Position numbers and translations under genes: made by a program. From positions 1-64,000 of the IMG/VR virus record IMGVR_UViG_3300023196_003770: DNA of 64,000 bases; one strand, 5' to 3'. How positions within the stretch are numbered: the first letter of the stretch is position 1; the number at the start of each line of letters is the position of its first letter. Below the pieces are notes generated by a model. That model was not told where the DNA came from. It saw nothing but the letters and a program-made list of their open reading frames with translations, and searched no databases. Below are positions 37,071-48,212 of this stretch, piece by piece. Source of the stretch: a virus.

Positions 37071-39872
37071 TTATTCTATGACCTCGTGTATAGTTTCTGA
37101 TGATAGAAGTTGATTTGTTCCGTCATTATATTCTTTATTTGCTCTTATATAAGAACCGTAAAGAACTAATTTAGCTGGAAGGTTTTCTGATACGGTTTCA
37201 TGTATTGTAAAGGTGCTCTCGACACCAGCGGCAGAAGTATTGATATAAGCTACTGGAAATTGAGATACTGGCATTTGAAACCCTAATATTAGTTTATCTT
37301 TTGGATTAAGAATATATGGATTTATTTTAAGCTTTTCTGCTGGCCATTGTCTGTCGATACTTGATATAGCAGTTAGTTGCGGCTGAAGGTTATATGAAGC
37401 AAACAGATCATTTGTTAACCCACGTGTTGTTGGTTGTAACATTGAAAGTCCATTTCGGTATCCATCATAGCCAAAAATTTGTTTTCTAGTGGTTCCAGCA
37501 AGATTATTATAATATTGTAACAAATTAATGCCAATTTGATTTGGTCCTAAAGTTGGGGATCCCATACTCATGGAAAAAACCGGTCTTACGTTAACATATT
37601 GCACGCCCAAATAATTTGTTACTTGACTTCGAACTACAAAGTCATTTGAAGTAATTGGTAAAAGATCTTGAAGATTTGAAGTTAGAAATCCTAAATCTTT
37701 AAGTGGAGTAAGGCTGGCAACAGAGAATAATTGAGAAAATCCAACTATATCTCTTACTGTATCGACACGTGTAGTTACATTTAAATCAAAATCATCTTTT
37801 GTAAGAGAATAATCAATTGGTACTGACGCACTAACTGGCGTGCTCCCAACGTCATTGAATGTAAAATTATAATTAAAGTTCTGATTATAACGTTGATTTA
37901 ATATAAAAAACGTAGCGCATGAAGCTGAAATAGGTTTTACTGTTGAAATGACAGTCGGATCAATATCGGACAATTCATAACTTAAATTACCCATTTGCAA
38001 CACTGCCTTTTCCAAAACAAAAGGTTCAGTTATGTAGTTTGATATATCTAAAGTTTGAGATCCGGTTGCATGAAATTTTGGATGAAATGGAAAACCAAAA
38101 CCATTTCCAGTATATGCAATATTCGATACGTCACCTTTTGTTACGGCGATGGGCAATAACGAGTTTGGATATCCAATTGGATAATATCCGTAATAATCTT
38201 CCAAGGTTGTTATAACATTTAATGGCAATCCAACTCCGATTGGTTCCCAAACGTTTGTTTGAAAGTTATAGTAAGCCATTGGAGAGCTGTATGTAGTTTC
38301 GAAACCGTTTCCTAACATGCCGGTGTTAACAGACAACTCTGTATTTGTTGCAACCGGTATAGGTATTTCAATCTTATTTTTGCTCCAAAGTGGAGAACTA
38401 AATCCTTCACCAACATGAGCAATTGCGCTACCAGTTGCAAAAAAAGGATTTTGAACTACGGCTCCCTTAGCATCAGCAGCAAACTGCTGTTGATCATGGA
38501 ATGGTTGCATCTCCTGACCTGGAGAGAAATGAACCCATTCCTGGTTGTCTCCAACCCCTTTAACAATAGAACCAGTAACTAACATACCATCTCTGTTAAA
38601 GGTGGTCATGTATTCTCCAGCATCTACTGGATATGGATCATTGTCAAGGTCGATAGAGGTTCCGGCTATCACACGTCGTTTCTTATTCCATGGAACTTGA
38701 GAATAATATAGCTCTGCAATTTCTGTAACGGTTAATACTCTATCAAATACTGACATTTCTCCAATAGAACCGGTTAAGTCTGCATTAAAACTATACAAAA
38801 ATCCTGTTCCAAGTCCTAATTCTACTGGAGTACCAGTATTGTATCCGTTAAATCCGCCGCCCTGAGATGTTATTGCATTAGGATTAACGTATTCTCCATT
38901 CACATACACTTTAATAGAATTAATGTCAAATACCGGATCAGTATATGTGCCTCCTCCATTGTAGGTAAAAGCAAAATGATACCAGTTTCCAACTAAATCT
39001 GAAACTGGATCTGTATCTAACTGAATGGAGTCTGCCGAATAACTAGTACTTATAAATGCGACTTGAAATTTAAGTTCTCCAGCCCCATCTTCAACTGCTG
39101 CGGCGTAATAATCAACATTCTCTACGTTCCATGGATTTGCTCTGCAAGGTCCAGTTACTAGAACATGAGAGTTGATTGTATTCTGATTTGAGCTGCTATA
39201 ATAAAACCATCCAGCTACAGTAAAGTTATCAAATTTTCCTTTTGGATACGGTCCAGTAAAATTGGAAAACTCAAATAAAGATTTGTTAGAATCTAAATTT
39301 TGTGCTAGCAACGGATAAGTTGAAGTGACAAGGTTTACCGGATCTCCCTCTAAAGTTGCATATGCACTAAAACTTGGTTTAAAATCGTATGATTTATTTG
39401 GTTGTATATATGGAAATTCAATATTTGTAGTTATTCCTTGGCTTGGAGTTGCTTTATCAATATCTACATTATAAGCTTTGCCATTATGTGGAAAAGATTG
39501 ACTAACGCCAATAAAATTAAAATTAGTTAAAGGATCGTCAGCCAGATTAAAATCTAAATATGGGAATGTTCCTTCTTTAAGAGAACCAGATATTTCCGAT
39601 TCAAAAGTAATATTACCTGCCGCTGAACCGGTTGGTCCTAATCTTTGCATGGTCCAATAGCCAACCATATTATCTTGCCATGAAGTTCCATTTGAACGAT
39701 GACCGAATACAACCGTCTGAACGTCGTTATAACCTACTTTATAGTTACCAGTACGTCCGTCCAGGGAGAAGCGCACGTTGGTTGGATAAGAGCCTGTAAG
39801 AGCATCCTGACCACGTAATTGTAGCTTTGGAGAAATAACTCTTATTCTTGTCCTTTTCTCTTGCCTGCTCAT
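37071..39872 (-). CDS. virion protein with LamG domain
   Basis: MVGYW; FTVAGWF; WYHFAFTYNG; KVYVNG; GSIGEMSVFDRVLT..EI.ELY. Confidence 0.78.
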   Translation of the reverse strand: MSRQEKRTRIRVISPKLQLRGQDALTGSYPTNVRFSLDGRTGNYKVGYNDVQTVVFGHRSNGTSWQDNMVGYWTMQRLGPTGSAAGNITFESEISGSLKEGTFPYLDFNLADDPLTNFNFIGVSQSFPHNGKAYNVDIDKATPSQGITTNIEFPYIQPNKSYDFKPSFSAYATLEGDPVNLVTSTYPLLAQNLDSNKSLFEFSNFTGPYPKGKFDNFTVAGWFYYSSSNQNTINSHVLVTGPCRANPWNVENVDYYAAAVEDGAGELKFQVAFISTSYSADSIQLDTDPVSDLVGNWYHFAFTYNGGGTYTDPVFDINSIKVYVNGEYVNPNAITSQGGGFNGYNTGTPVELGLGTGFLYSFNADLTGSIGEMSVFDRVLTVTEIAELYYSQVPWNKKRRVIAGTSIDLDNDPYPVDAGEYMTTFNRDGMLVTGSIVKGVGDNQEWVHFSPGQEMQPFHDQQQFAADAKGAVVQNPFFATGSAIAHVGEGFSSPLWSKNKIEIPIPVATNTELSVNTGMLGNGFETTYSSPMAYYNFQTNVWEPIGVGLPLNVITTLEDYYGYYPIGYPNSLLPIAVTKGDVSNIAYTGNGFGFPFHPKFHATGSQTLDISNYITEPFVLEKAVLQMGNLSYELSDIDPTVISTVKPISASCATFFILNQRYNQNFNYNFTFNDVGSTPVSASVPIDYSLTKDDFDLNVTTRVDTVRDIVGFSQLFSVASLTPLKDLGFLTSNLQDLLPITSNDFVVRSQVTNYLGVQYVNVRPVFSMSMGSPTLGPNQIGINLLQYYNNLAGTTRKQIFGYDGYRNGLSMLQPTTRGLTNDLFASYNLQPQLTAISSIDRQWPAEKLKINPYILNPKDKLILGFQMPVSQFPVAYINTSAAGVESTFTIHETVSENLPAKLVLYGSYIRANKEYNDGTNQLLSSETIHEVIE

Positions 39873-40801
39873 GAACCTCTACTCCATCCAGCATATGCTA
39901 TGCTATCAGTTCCATAACGACCTTGTTCTGGTCCATATACAGAATATCCAGCAGTAGCCGATTTTTGAGTATACGTTTCTCTTATGTCCTCGTCTAAATT
40001 GATATCTAATAACTCAAGACGACTCAAGAAAGTTTGATTAGAAACAGTATTTGAATTAATACTCAGTTGCTTAACTATTTCTTCGTTTTCTGTATCGTCA
40101 AATGGGTTGCCCAATCTTTGAACGAATTTAACATAACCTTCTATTATAATATCGTCTTCAATTGCACCGGCTCCAATATATTGCTGTCCACCATCAAAAA
40201 ATGGTGCCGCCGTCAATGGTTGCTCATATTGTATGAATTGCAATACACGATTATTAGATTGCACAGCGTCTGAAGTTGGATTGCCATCTTCAAGATTTCC
40301 TTTTGGACGATGAATTGGAAAGGCACCTTCGATATATGATGTTTCTGCCCTGAATGGAATAGTAAGAGGCTCCATAATAGCTTCTTGTCCCTGTTGCGGA
40401 CCATCATTGAAATATATTGGATAAGGATAATCGTTATTGCTTGTTATATATTGAATAGGGTTGAAAGGAATAGTATTATCATAATATTCCGTAGTGTTTT
40501 CATATTCTGTCCACGTTCGAGCTTCTCCATATGGAATAAACTCTTGAGGACGATGCAATAGATTTCCTGCCCAAAGCTTTGGTTGAGTAGAACCATATAC
40601 GTGAACAGGACGCCTCATTTCAACGCCTTGTCTCAACTTGTCAAAAGCCGAGGTATCCATCCCAGAACCCGATTGGGTATAAATGGCTATAACGTCTTCT
40701 GGCATTGAACCTATACGAAGCACTGGTGAAGAAATTGATGTGGAGTCATTATACGGAAAAAATTCCGTACCACTTAACCCTTGCGTTTCATTTAAAGACA
40801 T
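39869..40801 (-). CDS. virion structural protein, hypothetical
   Basis: 310-aa ORF coupled to its neighbour within the structural module. Confidence 0.7.
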   Translation of the reverse strand: MSLNETQGLSGTEFFPYNDSTSISSPVLRIGSMPEDVIAIYTQSGSGMDTSAFDKLRQGVEMRRPVHVYGSTQPKLWAGNLLHRPQEFIPYGEARTWTEYENTTEYYDNTIPFNPIQYITSNNDYPYPIYFNDGPQQGQEAIMEPLTIPFRAETSYIEGAFPIHRPKGNLEDGNPTSDAVQSNNRVLQFIQYEQPLTAAPFFDGGQQYIGAGAIEDDIIIEGYVKFVQRLGNPFDDTENEEIVKQLSINSNTVSNQTFLSRLELLDINLDEDIRETYTQKSATAGYSVYGPEQGRYGTDSIAYAGWSRGS

Positions 40802-40843
40802 ATGTCACCTGGTCATAGTATAGATATATTGCAGATCAAAATT

Positions 40844-43800
40844 TTAATATTTAGCAAAAGTTGCCACAAACATTTGTAATAATATTCTATCTCTAAGTCC
40901 GGTGCGATTGCTATCTCCAAGATATAACTCACTAAATAGATATTCAAACTTTGGACGTTCTAACATATGGCTTTCAATAACAAAGTTAGTTCCAAAAAAC
41001 TTTGTCTTTTTAGGAATTAGTTGAGAAACAAATGTTCCTATATTATTGTCAAACCACTTATAAAACTCAAAGAATTGTTTTAAGTTTAGTTTGTCAGTTA
41101 ATCTATTGAAATAAACGTTTCTTAAATTTTCAAGACCAGGATAATCTGGTGAAAATACCAACTCTGGAGCGCCAAGTATATTGTCAAGTTCATCCAACGT
41201 TGCAAATATGTTCACTATATCTTGATTCAATGATTCAACTACGCTGAAGTCTATCGTAAACTTTGTGCTATCAGTAGGTTGTTCATTTCTTGGTATTTCA
41301 TATACAGGAGCGACTTGTGCCCACGGTGTAGACTGAACGTTCTCGTATTGCTCAAATGAACGGATTCGAACTTTGTTTGTAGTGCTTGCTTCATCAAATT
41401 TTGGAGATATAAAGCTGTAATGATATCTTTCCGGGTCAATAACTTGACGACTTATCGGAAATAACGTTCCAGATAGATGTAAGTTATTTTGTGAAAAGTC
41501 AAATATATTGATCTCTCCGCTTACGTTAGATTGAGTAACGATCTGATCTGTATTTGCATCAATACGTAGCCGCTCCCAAGAACTGCTTTTGTTTGTTATA
41601 AAATTGAAATTTGTAAGAGGATCTTGAACGCCTATAGATTTAAAGTTTCTAACGTGTTCAGGATATTCTTCCTCGGTTATATTTTTGCTCCAAAACCTTA
41701 TTTGAGAAACATCGCCTTTAAAACTTGTTTCTCTTGCTATAGCTGGTGCAATAGCAGGATCATTTAGAAATTTGCTTATACTTGTATTGATAGAACTGGA
41801 ACCAATAACAAAGAAAGAACCACTACTGTTTGTTGTAGCAGATTTCTCATTCCATATATTAATACCGCCACCATCGGTGTCATTAAACCAAGAACTTGTT
41901 ACGTAATTGTCATATATTTCGCCATATATGTTTTTGACAACCCTCAAGAAATAAGAACTTGATATTACAGAATTAAGTCCATCATCATTTCTTTGTTTTC
42001 CAAAAGAAATATACCATTTATCTCCGTCAAATATATCTACACCAGACATATAAAGTCTCATGTATGGAGCAGCTACATTGTCATTTGGACGAACAAAAAG
42101 GGTAATAGAACTCGTTGTGGTAGAGGTAAAGTCTAAGCTTCCGGAATAGGCTATTAGATTTGCTATTAATCCGCCGCTGGCAGCTAAACTGCTTCCTGTA
42201 GTTATAAATCTAACTAAGCTTTGATTTGGATCATAGGTTAGATTGGTTGGAAATTTGTATGTTGCTTCATAAGTCCATGAACCTGAAGTAAAAAGACCGT
42301 CGTTAGCAGTTCCAGTAATTTCTGGATATCCAGGTTCTATTCTGCTTGCTGAAAGATACGGGCTTGTTATAAGACCGCCAGAAACAAAATTTAAAACCGA
42401 TGCTATTTCGTTACGTTTATCTCTTACGAAACCAAGATTTTGTTTTGTAGGTCCACCATATTCTCTTATGCGGAAATTTTGATCTGGATCAATACCAGTT
42501 GATCTAATGAATGTTTTTACAGCGTGAACTGTTCCTTTTGAAGTAACTATTTCTCTTAAGTTAATCAATATTCTGCGCCATATTTGGTTCTGTATGTATT
42601 GCAAAGAATATTGATTAACCCCTGGTGTATCTTGGATATTTTGAGCATTTATAAATTGAGCTACGCTGGCACCAGTAAACATAGGAGGTAATTCAATACC
42701 TTGATTTCTTGCTAATTGCTGCAAAAACTGATCAGGCACAGTATCAATATTATTATAATCAACAAATTGATTATCGGCAAACGATTGCGTATATAGCTTT
42801 ATTTCATCAAAAAATTTAGCCCAAGTATACAGGAACAAAAGAAATACTTGTGTATCTCCTAATCTTGTTGAACGTGGATCAGTTCCGGAAGTTAAAGAAT
42901 TGACAATCTCTCCTTCTTCCGTCTCTAAAGCACTTTCAACTTGACCTTCTAACAAATAATGTCTTGGAATTAACTTGGTTATAATGTTTGGATTCTCATT
43001 GTCATATATACTTGCGCTTGTATATAATGAAGTTCTATAGTTGTAAACTTGTATTTGATTTCCAAATAGGATAGGGCACAATTCTAATTGTTCATATGTA
43101 ACCGGAGATGGACCAGCTATGGAAGAAGTTGGCACCTGTCTAACATATGAACTGCGATCACCACTTAAGTTTCCATGTAAGCTATTTGAAGATGCATCAA
43201 TAACAATTGGCGCATTACTTCCAGATGGTTCATTAAACTTATAATATAGCTTTAAGTTTGAATCTGCAAATATTGACTTTTGATAATTGTTATATATATC
43301 TTCTTTAGAACGAACTGAATGCCATATTCTTAAATCATCTAAAGCGCCGGACAAAGTGTTTGTTGGGGTATAACCGACTGTAGATAAGTCGCTGCCAGAA
43401 CCAATATATAAATTGCTTGTAGTGTCTATTGTTTCAAATTCAACAGACATAGAACTTGAAGCATAATATCGTCCATTCAAATATGCATATATGCCATTAT
43501 ATCCTGGCGTTCTGTCCCAAACCCAAGCTATGTGGTTCCATTGTCCTTTTGTCAAAGAAACGCTTATTTGTTCATAAGCAGAGCCTGAAGATATATAAAA
43601 AGTGTTTGTTGTTGATGTGGTAGAGACTGTCGAGTTTAGTCCACTTAAAAATCCAAAAGAACCACTATGTTTGTCTAATACGACTTGATCGCTATTTGCT
43701 TGACTTGGAACATATAACCAATACTCAATCGTCATAGGATTAAGTTTTGGATTGATTATATTTTTACCATCAGTAGTTTTTGATAAATTAACATATGCAG

Positions 43801-44275
43801 CGCCCGCTTGATCTACTACTGTTACATAAGTTCCATAAGCTATAGATGATGGTGCTACTGTTCCTGAGAAAAACAAATATCCTTTGTTCTTAGGATAATT
43901 GTCATATATATATTTTTCGTGTCCGGTTAGCTTATCAAGATATATTTCAGTCTCTTTTTGCGTCCCATCAAAAGGAAAGCCATTTTGTATCTTATCAAAA
44001 GCAACATTGACTTTTACTTGTGCAGAGTTGAAAAAAGTGTGATTGGAAAAATCTGACCAATCAACGTTTAACTGTTGAGTTGAACGTAAACCAGTTTCCG
44101 GATCATTATAACGAAATGAAGATGTATTATCGATGCTGGTGTCCGATATTACTTTTGCTTCATATAAATTGAAGCTTACACTTTCATGAGCTTGATCTTG
44201 AATGTTTCTTACTATTATTGGTCTAAAAAGAGCTGGTGAATTTCTTTGTAGATTTCTTGTGTTGTTAATAGGCAT
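40844..44275 (-). CDS. baseplate wedge gp7/P2-I-like protein with LamG domains
   Basis: VPDQFLQQLA..G and IWRRILINL..I..SKGT...V baseplate motifs; LamG TIEYW...WNHIAW...LDDLRIW. Confidence 0.75.
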   Translation of the reverse strand: MPINNTRNLQRNSPALFRPIIVRNIQDQAHESVSFNLYEAKVISDTSIDNTSSFRYNDPETGLRSTQQLNVDWSDFSNHTFFNSAQVKVNVAFDKIQNGFPFDGTQKETEIYLDKLTGHEKYIYDNYPKNKGYLFFSGTVAPSSIAYGTYVTVVDQAGAAYVNLSKTTDGKNIINPKLNPMTIEYWLYVPSQANSDQVVLDKHSGSFGFLSGLNSTVSTTSTTNTFYISSGSAYEQISVSLTKGQWNHIAWVWDRTPGYNGIYAYLNGRYYASSSMSVEFETIDTTSNLYIGSGSDLSTVGYTPTNTLSGALDDLRIWHSVRSKEDIYNNYQKSIFADSNLKLYYKFNEPSGSNAPIVIDASSNSLHGNLSGDRSSYVRQVPTSSIAGPSPVTYEQLELCPILFGNQIQVYNYRTSLYTSASIYDNENPNIITKLIPRHYLLEGQVESALETEEGEIVNSLTSGTDPRSTRLGDTQVFLLFLYTWAKFFDEIKLYTQSFADNQFVDYNNIDTVPDQFLQQLARNQGIELPPMFTGASVAQFINAQNIQDTPGVNQYSLQYIQNQIWRRILINLREIVTSKGTVHAVKTFIRSTGIDPDQNFRIREYGGPTKQNLGFVRDKRNEIASVLNFVSGGLITSPYLSASRIEPGYPEITGTANDGLFTSGSWTYEATYKFPTNLTYDPNQSLVRFITTGSSLAASGGLIANLIAYSGSLDFTSTTTSSITLFVRPNDNVAAPYMRLYMSGVDIFDGDKWYISFGKQRNDDGLNSVISSSYFLRVVKNIYGEIYDNYVTSSWFNDTDGGGINIWNEKSATTNSSGSFFVIGSSSINTSISKFLNDPAIAPAIARETSFKGDVSQIRFWSKNITEEEYPEHVRNFKSIGVQDPLTNFNFITNKSSSWERLRIDANTDQIVTQSNVSGEINIFDFSQNNLHLSGTLFPISRQVIDPERYHYSFISPKFDEASTTNKVRIRSFEQYENVQSTPWAQVAPVYEIPRNEQPTDSTKFTIDFSVVESLNQDIVNIFATLDELDNILGAPELVFSPDYPGLENLRNVYFNRLTDKLNLKQFFEFYKWFDNNIGTFVSQLIPKKTKFFGTNFVIESHMLERPKFEYLFSELYLGDSNRTGLRDRILLQMFVATFAKY

Positions 44276-45879
44276 TATGGCATCACCTTAAATCGGAATC
44301 CGTTATTGCTAATCAAAAATTCCTTGCCACCATAAGTAATCATCAACTCAATTTCATAAACTTCTCCTTGTGCGAAGTCTTGCATCCAAATATCAAAATA
44401 CATTCCCTCGGCATCATATGAACAAAGAGTAGCTGAATTGTCAAATGGAATAATAACCTTACGTGAATAAGCATTAATTAATCTCCATTTTATATTATCT
44501 AAGATAACGCTCTTTGGTTGAAGAGCTAATCTACTTGCAGATTGTTCCGTATTGTAATCTAACACAAAGATACGTAATCTTGCCTGCTCAGAGGCTTTGT
44601 ATTGTTGTTTAAGATTGGTTATGTTGACTACCCAGTTCTCCTCTTCAACGTTGCTTGGCGAGCCTTGTGGGAGCTTGTAGAGGGTCTTACCGGATGCATA
44701 CGTAAGAGTACCATCTAAACTGGTCCATGCATATCTAAACTCTTGACTTGTAGATCCGGTTAGGAAATTTTTTAGAGCCGTATTCTCTACAGTATTGAAG
44801 TTAACACTAGCTGAATATATACCGGTCTGTGGAACGCTACCAATTAGATACTGACTACCTAGGAAACTCTGAGTTATAGCATAAAGACTGCGAGTTAAAT
44901 GATTGATACTTGCACTATGCGATATGGAGAAGCTGGAAGTTGTATATGTGATATATTTTGCGCCATATAGATTTAGTAATAGGCTATTGGCTCCGGTAAT
45001 CTCTGTGCTACCAGAGAAGAAGCTTTGATAACCACCATTAATACGATTATAAGCAAACAAGCTTTGAGATACGTTAAAAAGAGTGTTCCCTAAATCATCT
45101 CCTATTTGATCATTATATTTGATAATAAGTTGTGGATGAAGGTCAGGATTTTTGGCTTGTTTAGAGCCAAATCTTTTTACGAAACGTGTTATGTTATCAT
45201 TTTCTTGTGCATCGATGAATGATAATCTCCAGCCATAATTTGGGATTTGACCTGCTATAGCCGCACTAACAAGAGTAGTAACATCTATATATAGATTTTC
45301 ATCGCCACGAGCAAACTGCTGAGTTACTGTCAAATCTTGCGATCCACCACCGAGATTACCAGAAACTATTATATCAATATTTGGCGCACTAAGGGAACCG
45401 CTTTGTGCTGCTCCTTCCAATGTCCAAGCGATTGGAGTACCGGTTATAATAGAAGCAGTAAGAAAGTTTGCTGTATCTAAATCACGGAATGCCACGACAT
45501 CAAAGCCCCTACCTTCATCCCAGCTTTTAGAGAGCGCCATAAGCCTTATAGAGAAGTTTGAAGGGGTAGTTTGACCACCATATACATCCTTCAAATTAAG
45601 AAAGGCTTTAAAGCTCGTGTCGTCAATATTGAGAAATGATGCAGTTATTTGTTGTAAAGGTTCATAATCAAATTGAAGAAGAAAACGACTTAATTCAATT
45701 ACGCCACTTACTATAGTTGAACCACTATATACAGTAGTTTCATCATAAAGTTTGAATAGATCCAACGTTCCAGCTTGTCCTACGTTAGACGTAGTAGAAG
45801 GAGAACCTGCAATTATTTTATTTGTGATATATGTATCTTTGCTTGCTGATAATAATCTATACATAATATCACCTATCAA
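44275..45879 (-). CDS. baseplate-associated structural protein (likely start MYRLL)
   Basis: ASKDTYI...SRFLLQFD...SWDEG.G...IDVT..V...NYG...PQLIIKY pattern; located next to the gp6-like gene. Confidence 0.65.
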   Translation of the reverse strand: MIGDIMYRLLSASKDTYITNKIIAGSPSTTSNVGQAGTLDLFKLYDETTVYSGSTIVSGVIELSRFLLQFDYEPLQQITASFLNIDDTSFKAFLNLKDVYGGQTTPSNFSIRLMALSKSWDEGRGFDVVAFRDLDTANFLTASIITGTPIAWTLEGAAQSGSLSAPNIDIIVSGNLGGGSQDLTVTQQFARGDENLYIDVTTLVSAAIAGQIPNYGWRLSFIDAQENDNITRFVKRFGSKQAKNPDLHPQLIIKYNDQIGDDLGNTLFNVSQSLFAYNRINGGYQSFFSGSTEITGANSLLLNLYGAKYITYTTSSFSISHSASINHLTRSLYAITQSFLGSQYLIGSVPQTGIYSASVNFNTVENTALKNFLTGSTSQEFRYAWTSLDGTLTYASGKTLYKLPQGSPSNVEEENWVVNITNLKQQYKASEQARLRIFVLDYNTEQSASRLALQPKSVILDNIKWRLINAYSRKVIIPFDNSATLCSYDAEGMYFDIWMQDFAQGEVYEIELMITYGGKEFLISNNGFRFKVMP

Positions 45880-47717
45880 ACGGCTGTGCCGACAATATCA
45901 TAATCGGAATATTTTAGTTCAAACATTGAACCTGGAGGTCCAAACACAATACCACGACTGGTATTGGCTCTAATATCAAACTGTTGATCGGAATACAGTC
46001 TTCCATCCAAAACGTTATAAACGTTGCCGACTTCTAAGTTGGTTACAGAAGCAACTCCTTCTGTGTTGAATATAATATTTTGTATGTCATTTATTACAAT
46101 TGGTTGATTGATTTCAAAGTTTTTAATGTTAAAGTAGTTTTTTATTTTATTTAAGGTATTGCGAAGAACCAATTCTCTATTTTGCGTTGGGTCTATGACA
46201 ATGGTATATTTTACCGTAACGTTAATTACTCTGGCATCTAAGATGTCTATAGCATCACTTATAAGACGATATTCGTTTAGATATTTGGCTAAGTTTTTCT
46301 TAAGAGTATCTGGAGCCACAATCAACTGATTATCTTGGTTTCTACAAATAATAAAAAGTTCAGAAGACATTGGGTTATTTGGATTTGGTTCTATAGCAGC
46401 TCTGAATACACGACCAAAATTTGATGGAAGCGTATAAACACGAGCTAGCAAATCTTCTTTAGAGACAATACGATTTTGCATTCCTTGGAATGCAGGTATC
46501 TTACTCTTTAGTTCACTCGTAGTTGGAGGATCTTCCCCACCAGAAGCATCTTTAAGATTTATAACGTCAATTGAATTTCTTACGTAAGCGGCTACAGTTG
46601 GATTTGGATTTTGCGGGAAAAATATATTAAGAGTAGATAATGCAGTAATTGTTTCCGCATCAACATTATGCTCTAAGCCGCCGCCAACTCGATATGTGAT
46701 GTTTAATGTTGTATTTTCTGATATTACTCCAAAGGTCGTTGTCTGCAATAAGTTCCCAGGATTTAAATTAAATCTGGCAAATGTTTTCTTGCCATAAAGA
46801 GGCAGAGAGTATTCGCTTGGATCTGGGATTATATCATCATTAATGGTGTTTGCAGATCCGCCTCCAAATATCAATGTTGTTGTTCTTGTTTGAAGTGCAG
46901 TGTTTTTTGTAAAACGATATGGAGCCGGAATTGGAACAATGTTTTCCGGAACAAGCTTGTTATCATAACTTAGATTTGTAACTCTTTTATATATCGTATC
47001 CTGAGTTAAGGATTCAACTTCATAGTATTCATTACCCAGCACGTCTGAAACGCTTATAATTTCAGTAACATTTGGGTTTGTCAATGCAATATTTCTATAT
47101 GGAATGAAAGTCCCAACTGTAAATGATTCAGTAGCTCTTTTACCAGATATACATATTCCATTAAGACTAAGAATATAATTTTGTGGAATGTTATTTGCAT
47201 TAGTAGTGCCAACCACTACGGATGCGGCGAATGAATTATCAGCACGACGAGAAGAGAAATCTAGATTTTCTGTTAATTCAAACTCAATACCGCTTGTTGA
47301 TCTTACAATCGTGCCTTCTTTTATTATTGGCAATGATGTAATGTCTGGATTTCCAGTATTTGTTCCATCAGTAGGAACTCTTATATAAAAAGTAACACTA
47401 ACAACAGCAGGTGCAGCACCTACAATTGGAACTCCTGCCTTTCTTAAATGTCTCTCTATATTGTTTGGTTCAACAGAGGACTCTGGAAATGATTCATGAA
47501 ATTGATGATCCAAATAATAACTTTGAACGTCACCAACATACGCAGCCATATCTAAAAGCAATCCGCCTAAACTGGCTTCGGAAAAATCTCTGATATTATT
47601 AGGAAAGTAACTTCTGGCGTAGTCTAATAAATCATTACGTAACGCATCAAAATCTTTATTAAGATACCGGCGCTGTCTTACTTGTTTTAAAGCATTTTTT
47701 TTATTATCTTCAGCCAT
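45876..47717 (-). CDS. baseplate wedge subunit (T4 gp6 / baseplate J-like)
   Basis: YLNKDFD.LR..L..YA..YFP....DFSE...G..LLDM.AYVGD; YRVGGG..HNV; A.GG.D; QNRIVS.ED. Confidence 0.9.
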   Translation of the reverse strand: MAEDNKKNALKQVRQRRYLNKDFDALRNDLLDYARSYFPNNIRDFSEASLGGLLLDMAAYVGDVQSYYLDHQFHESFPESSVEPNNIERHLRKAGVPIVGAAPAVVSVTFYIRVPTDGTNTGNPDITSLPIIKEGTIVRSTSGIEFELTENLDFSSRRADNSFAASVVVGTTNANNIPQNYILSLNGICISGKRATESFTVGTFIPYRNIALTNPNVTEIISVSDVLGNEYYEVESLTQDTIYKRVTNLSYDNKLVPENIVPIPAPYRFTKNTALQTRTTTLIFGGGSANTINDDIIPDPSEYSLPLYGKKTFARFNLNPGNLLQTTTFGVISENTTLNITYRVGGGLEHNVDAETITALSTLNIFFPQNPNPTVAAYVRNSIDVINLKDASGGEDPPTTSELKSKIPAFQGMQNRIVSKEDLLARVYTLPSNFGRVFRAAIEPNPNNPMSSELFIICRNQDNQLIVAPDTLKKNLAKYLNEYRLISDAIDILDARVINVTVKYTIVIDPTQNRELVLRNTLNKIKNYFNIKNFEINQPIVINDIQNIIFNTEGVASVTNLEVGNVYNVLDGRLYSDQQFDIRANTSRGIVFGPPGSMFELKYSDYDIVGTAV

Positions 47718-47724
47718 ATTAATA

Positions 47725-48192
47725 TCACGCTATAAATAAACTTATTTCTAACAATTGCTCCGGAAAAGTGGAGACTTTATACGCAAGTATGATGTATATA
47801 ATACCAGTATATACATTTTGCGTTTTTTCAACTTTGGATTCATACCCTAATAAGTTAACAAATGGCATAAATTTTCCAACAGTTGTCTTAATTCTACGCA
47901 TCGCCTCCTGATCAAAGTTATCTTTATTACTATAATCAGTTAAAAGAGGACGAAGATTAGCTCCAAAATCATACATTGCTAATCTTTCTCCATGATTAGT
48001 TAGGATGATATTTCTTAAATTATCGCTCATTTGTTCAAGAAGACTATAATTCATCTTGAATATCGATACAGAATTTCCTTCATCTAATTCTAATGGAGTT
48101 TTGATACCAAATGGTGTGGGAGCAACTGACGCAACTATACTACGTTCAATTGAATTCTGTATTCCAACATCTTTAAAAGATAATCTCGCCAT
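47725..48192 (-). CDS. baseplate wedge gp25-like protein
   Basis: EQ..DNLRNIILTNHGER....DFGANLR.LL...I...V..FMPFV.L. Confidence 0.88.
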   Translation of the reverse strand: MARLSFKDVGIQNSIERSIVASVAPTPFGIKTPLELDEGNSVSIFKMNYSLLEQMSDNLRNIILTNHGERLAMYDFGANLRPLLTDYSNKDNFDQEAMRRIKTTVGKFMPFVNLLGYESKVEKTQNVYTGIIYIILAYKVSTFPEQLLEISLFIA

Positions 48193-48199
48193 ACTGGAT

Positions 48200-48208
48200 T
48201 AAATATAT
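48200..48208 (-). promoter_or_regulatory. putative phage late-promoter motif ATATATTTA
   Basis: 7 nt upstream of the gp25-like ATG; identical copies at 52016-52024 and 56976-56984. Confidence 0.5.
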
Positions 48209-48212
48209 GTCT

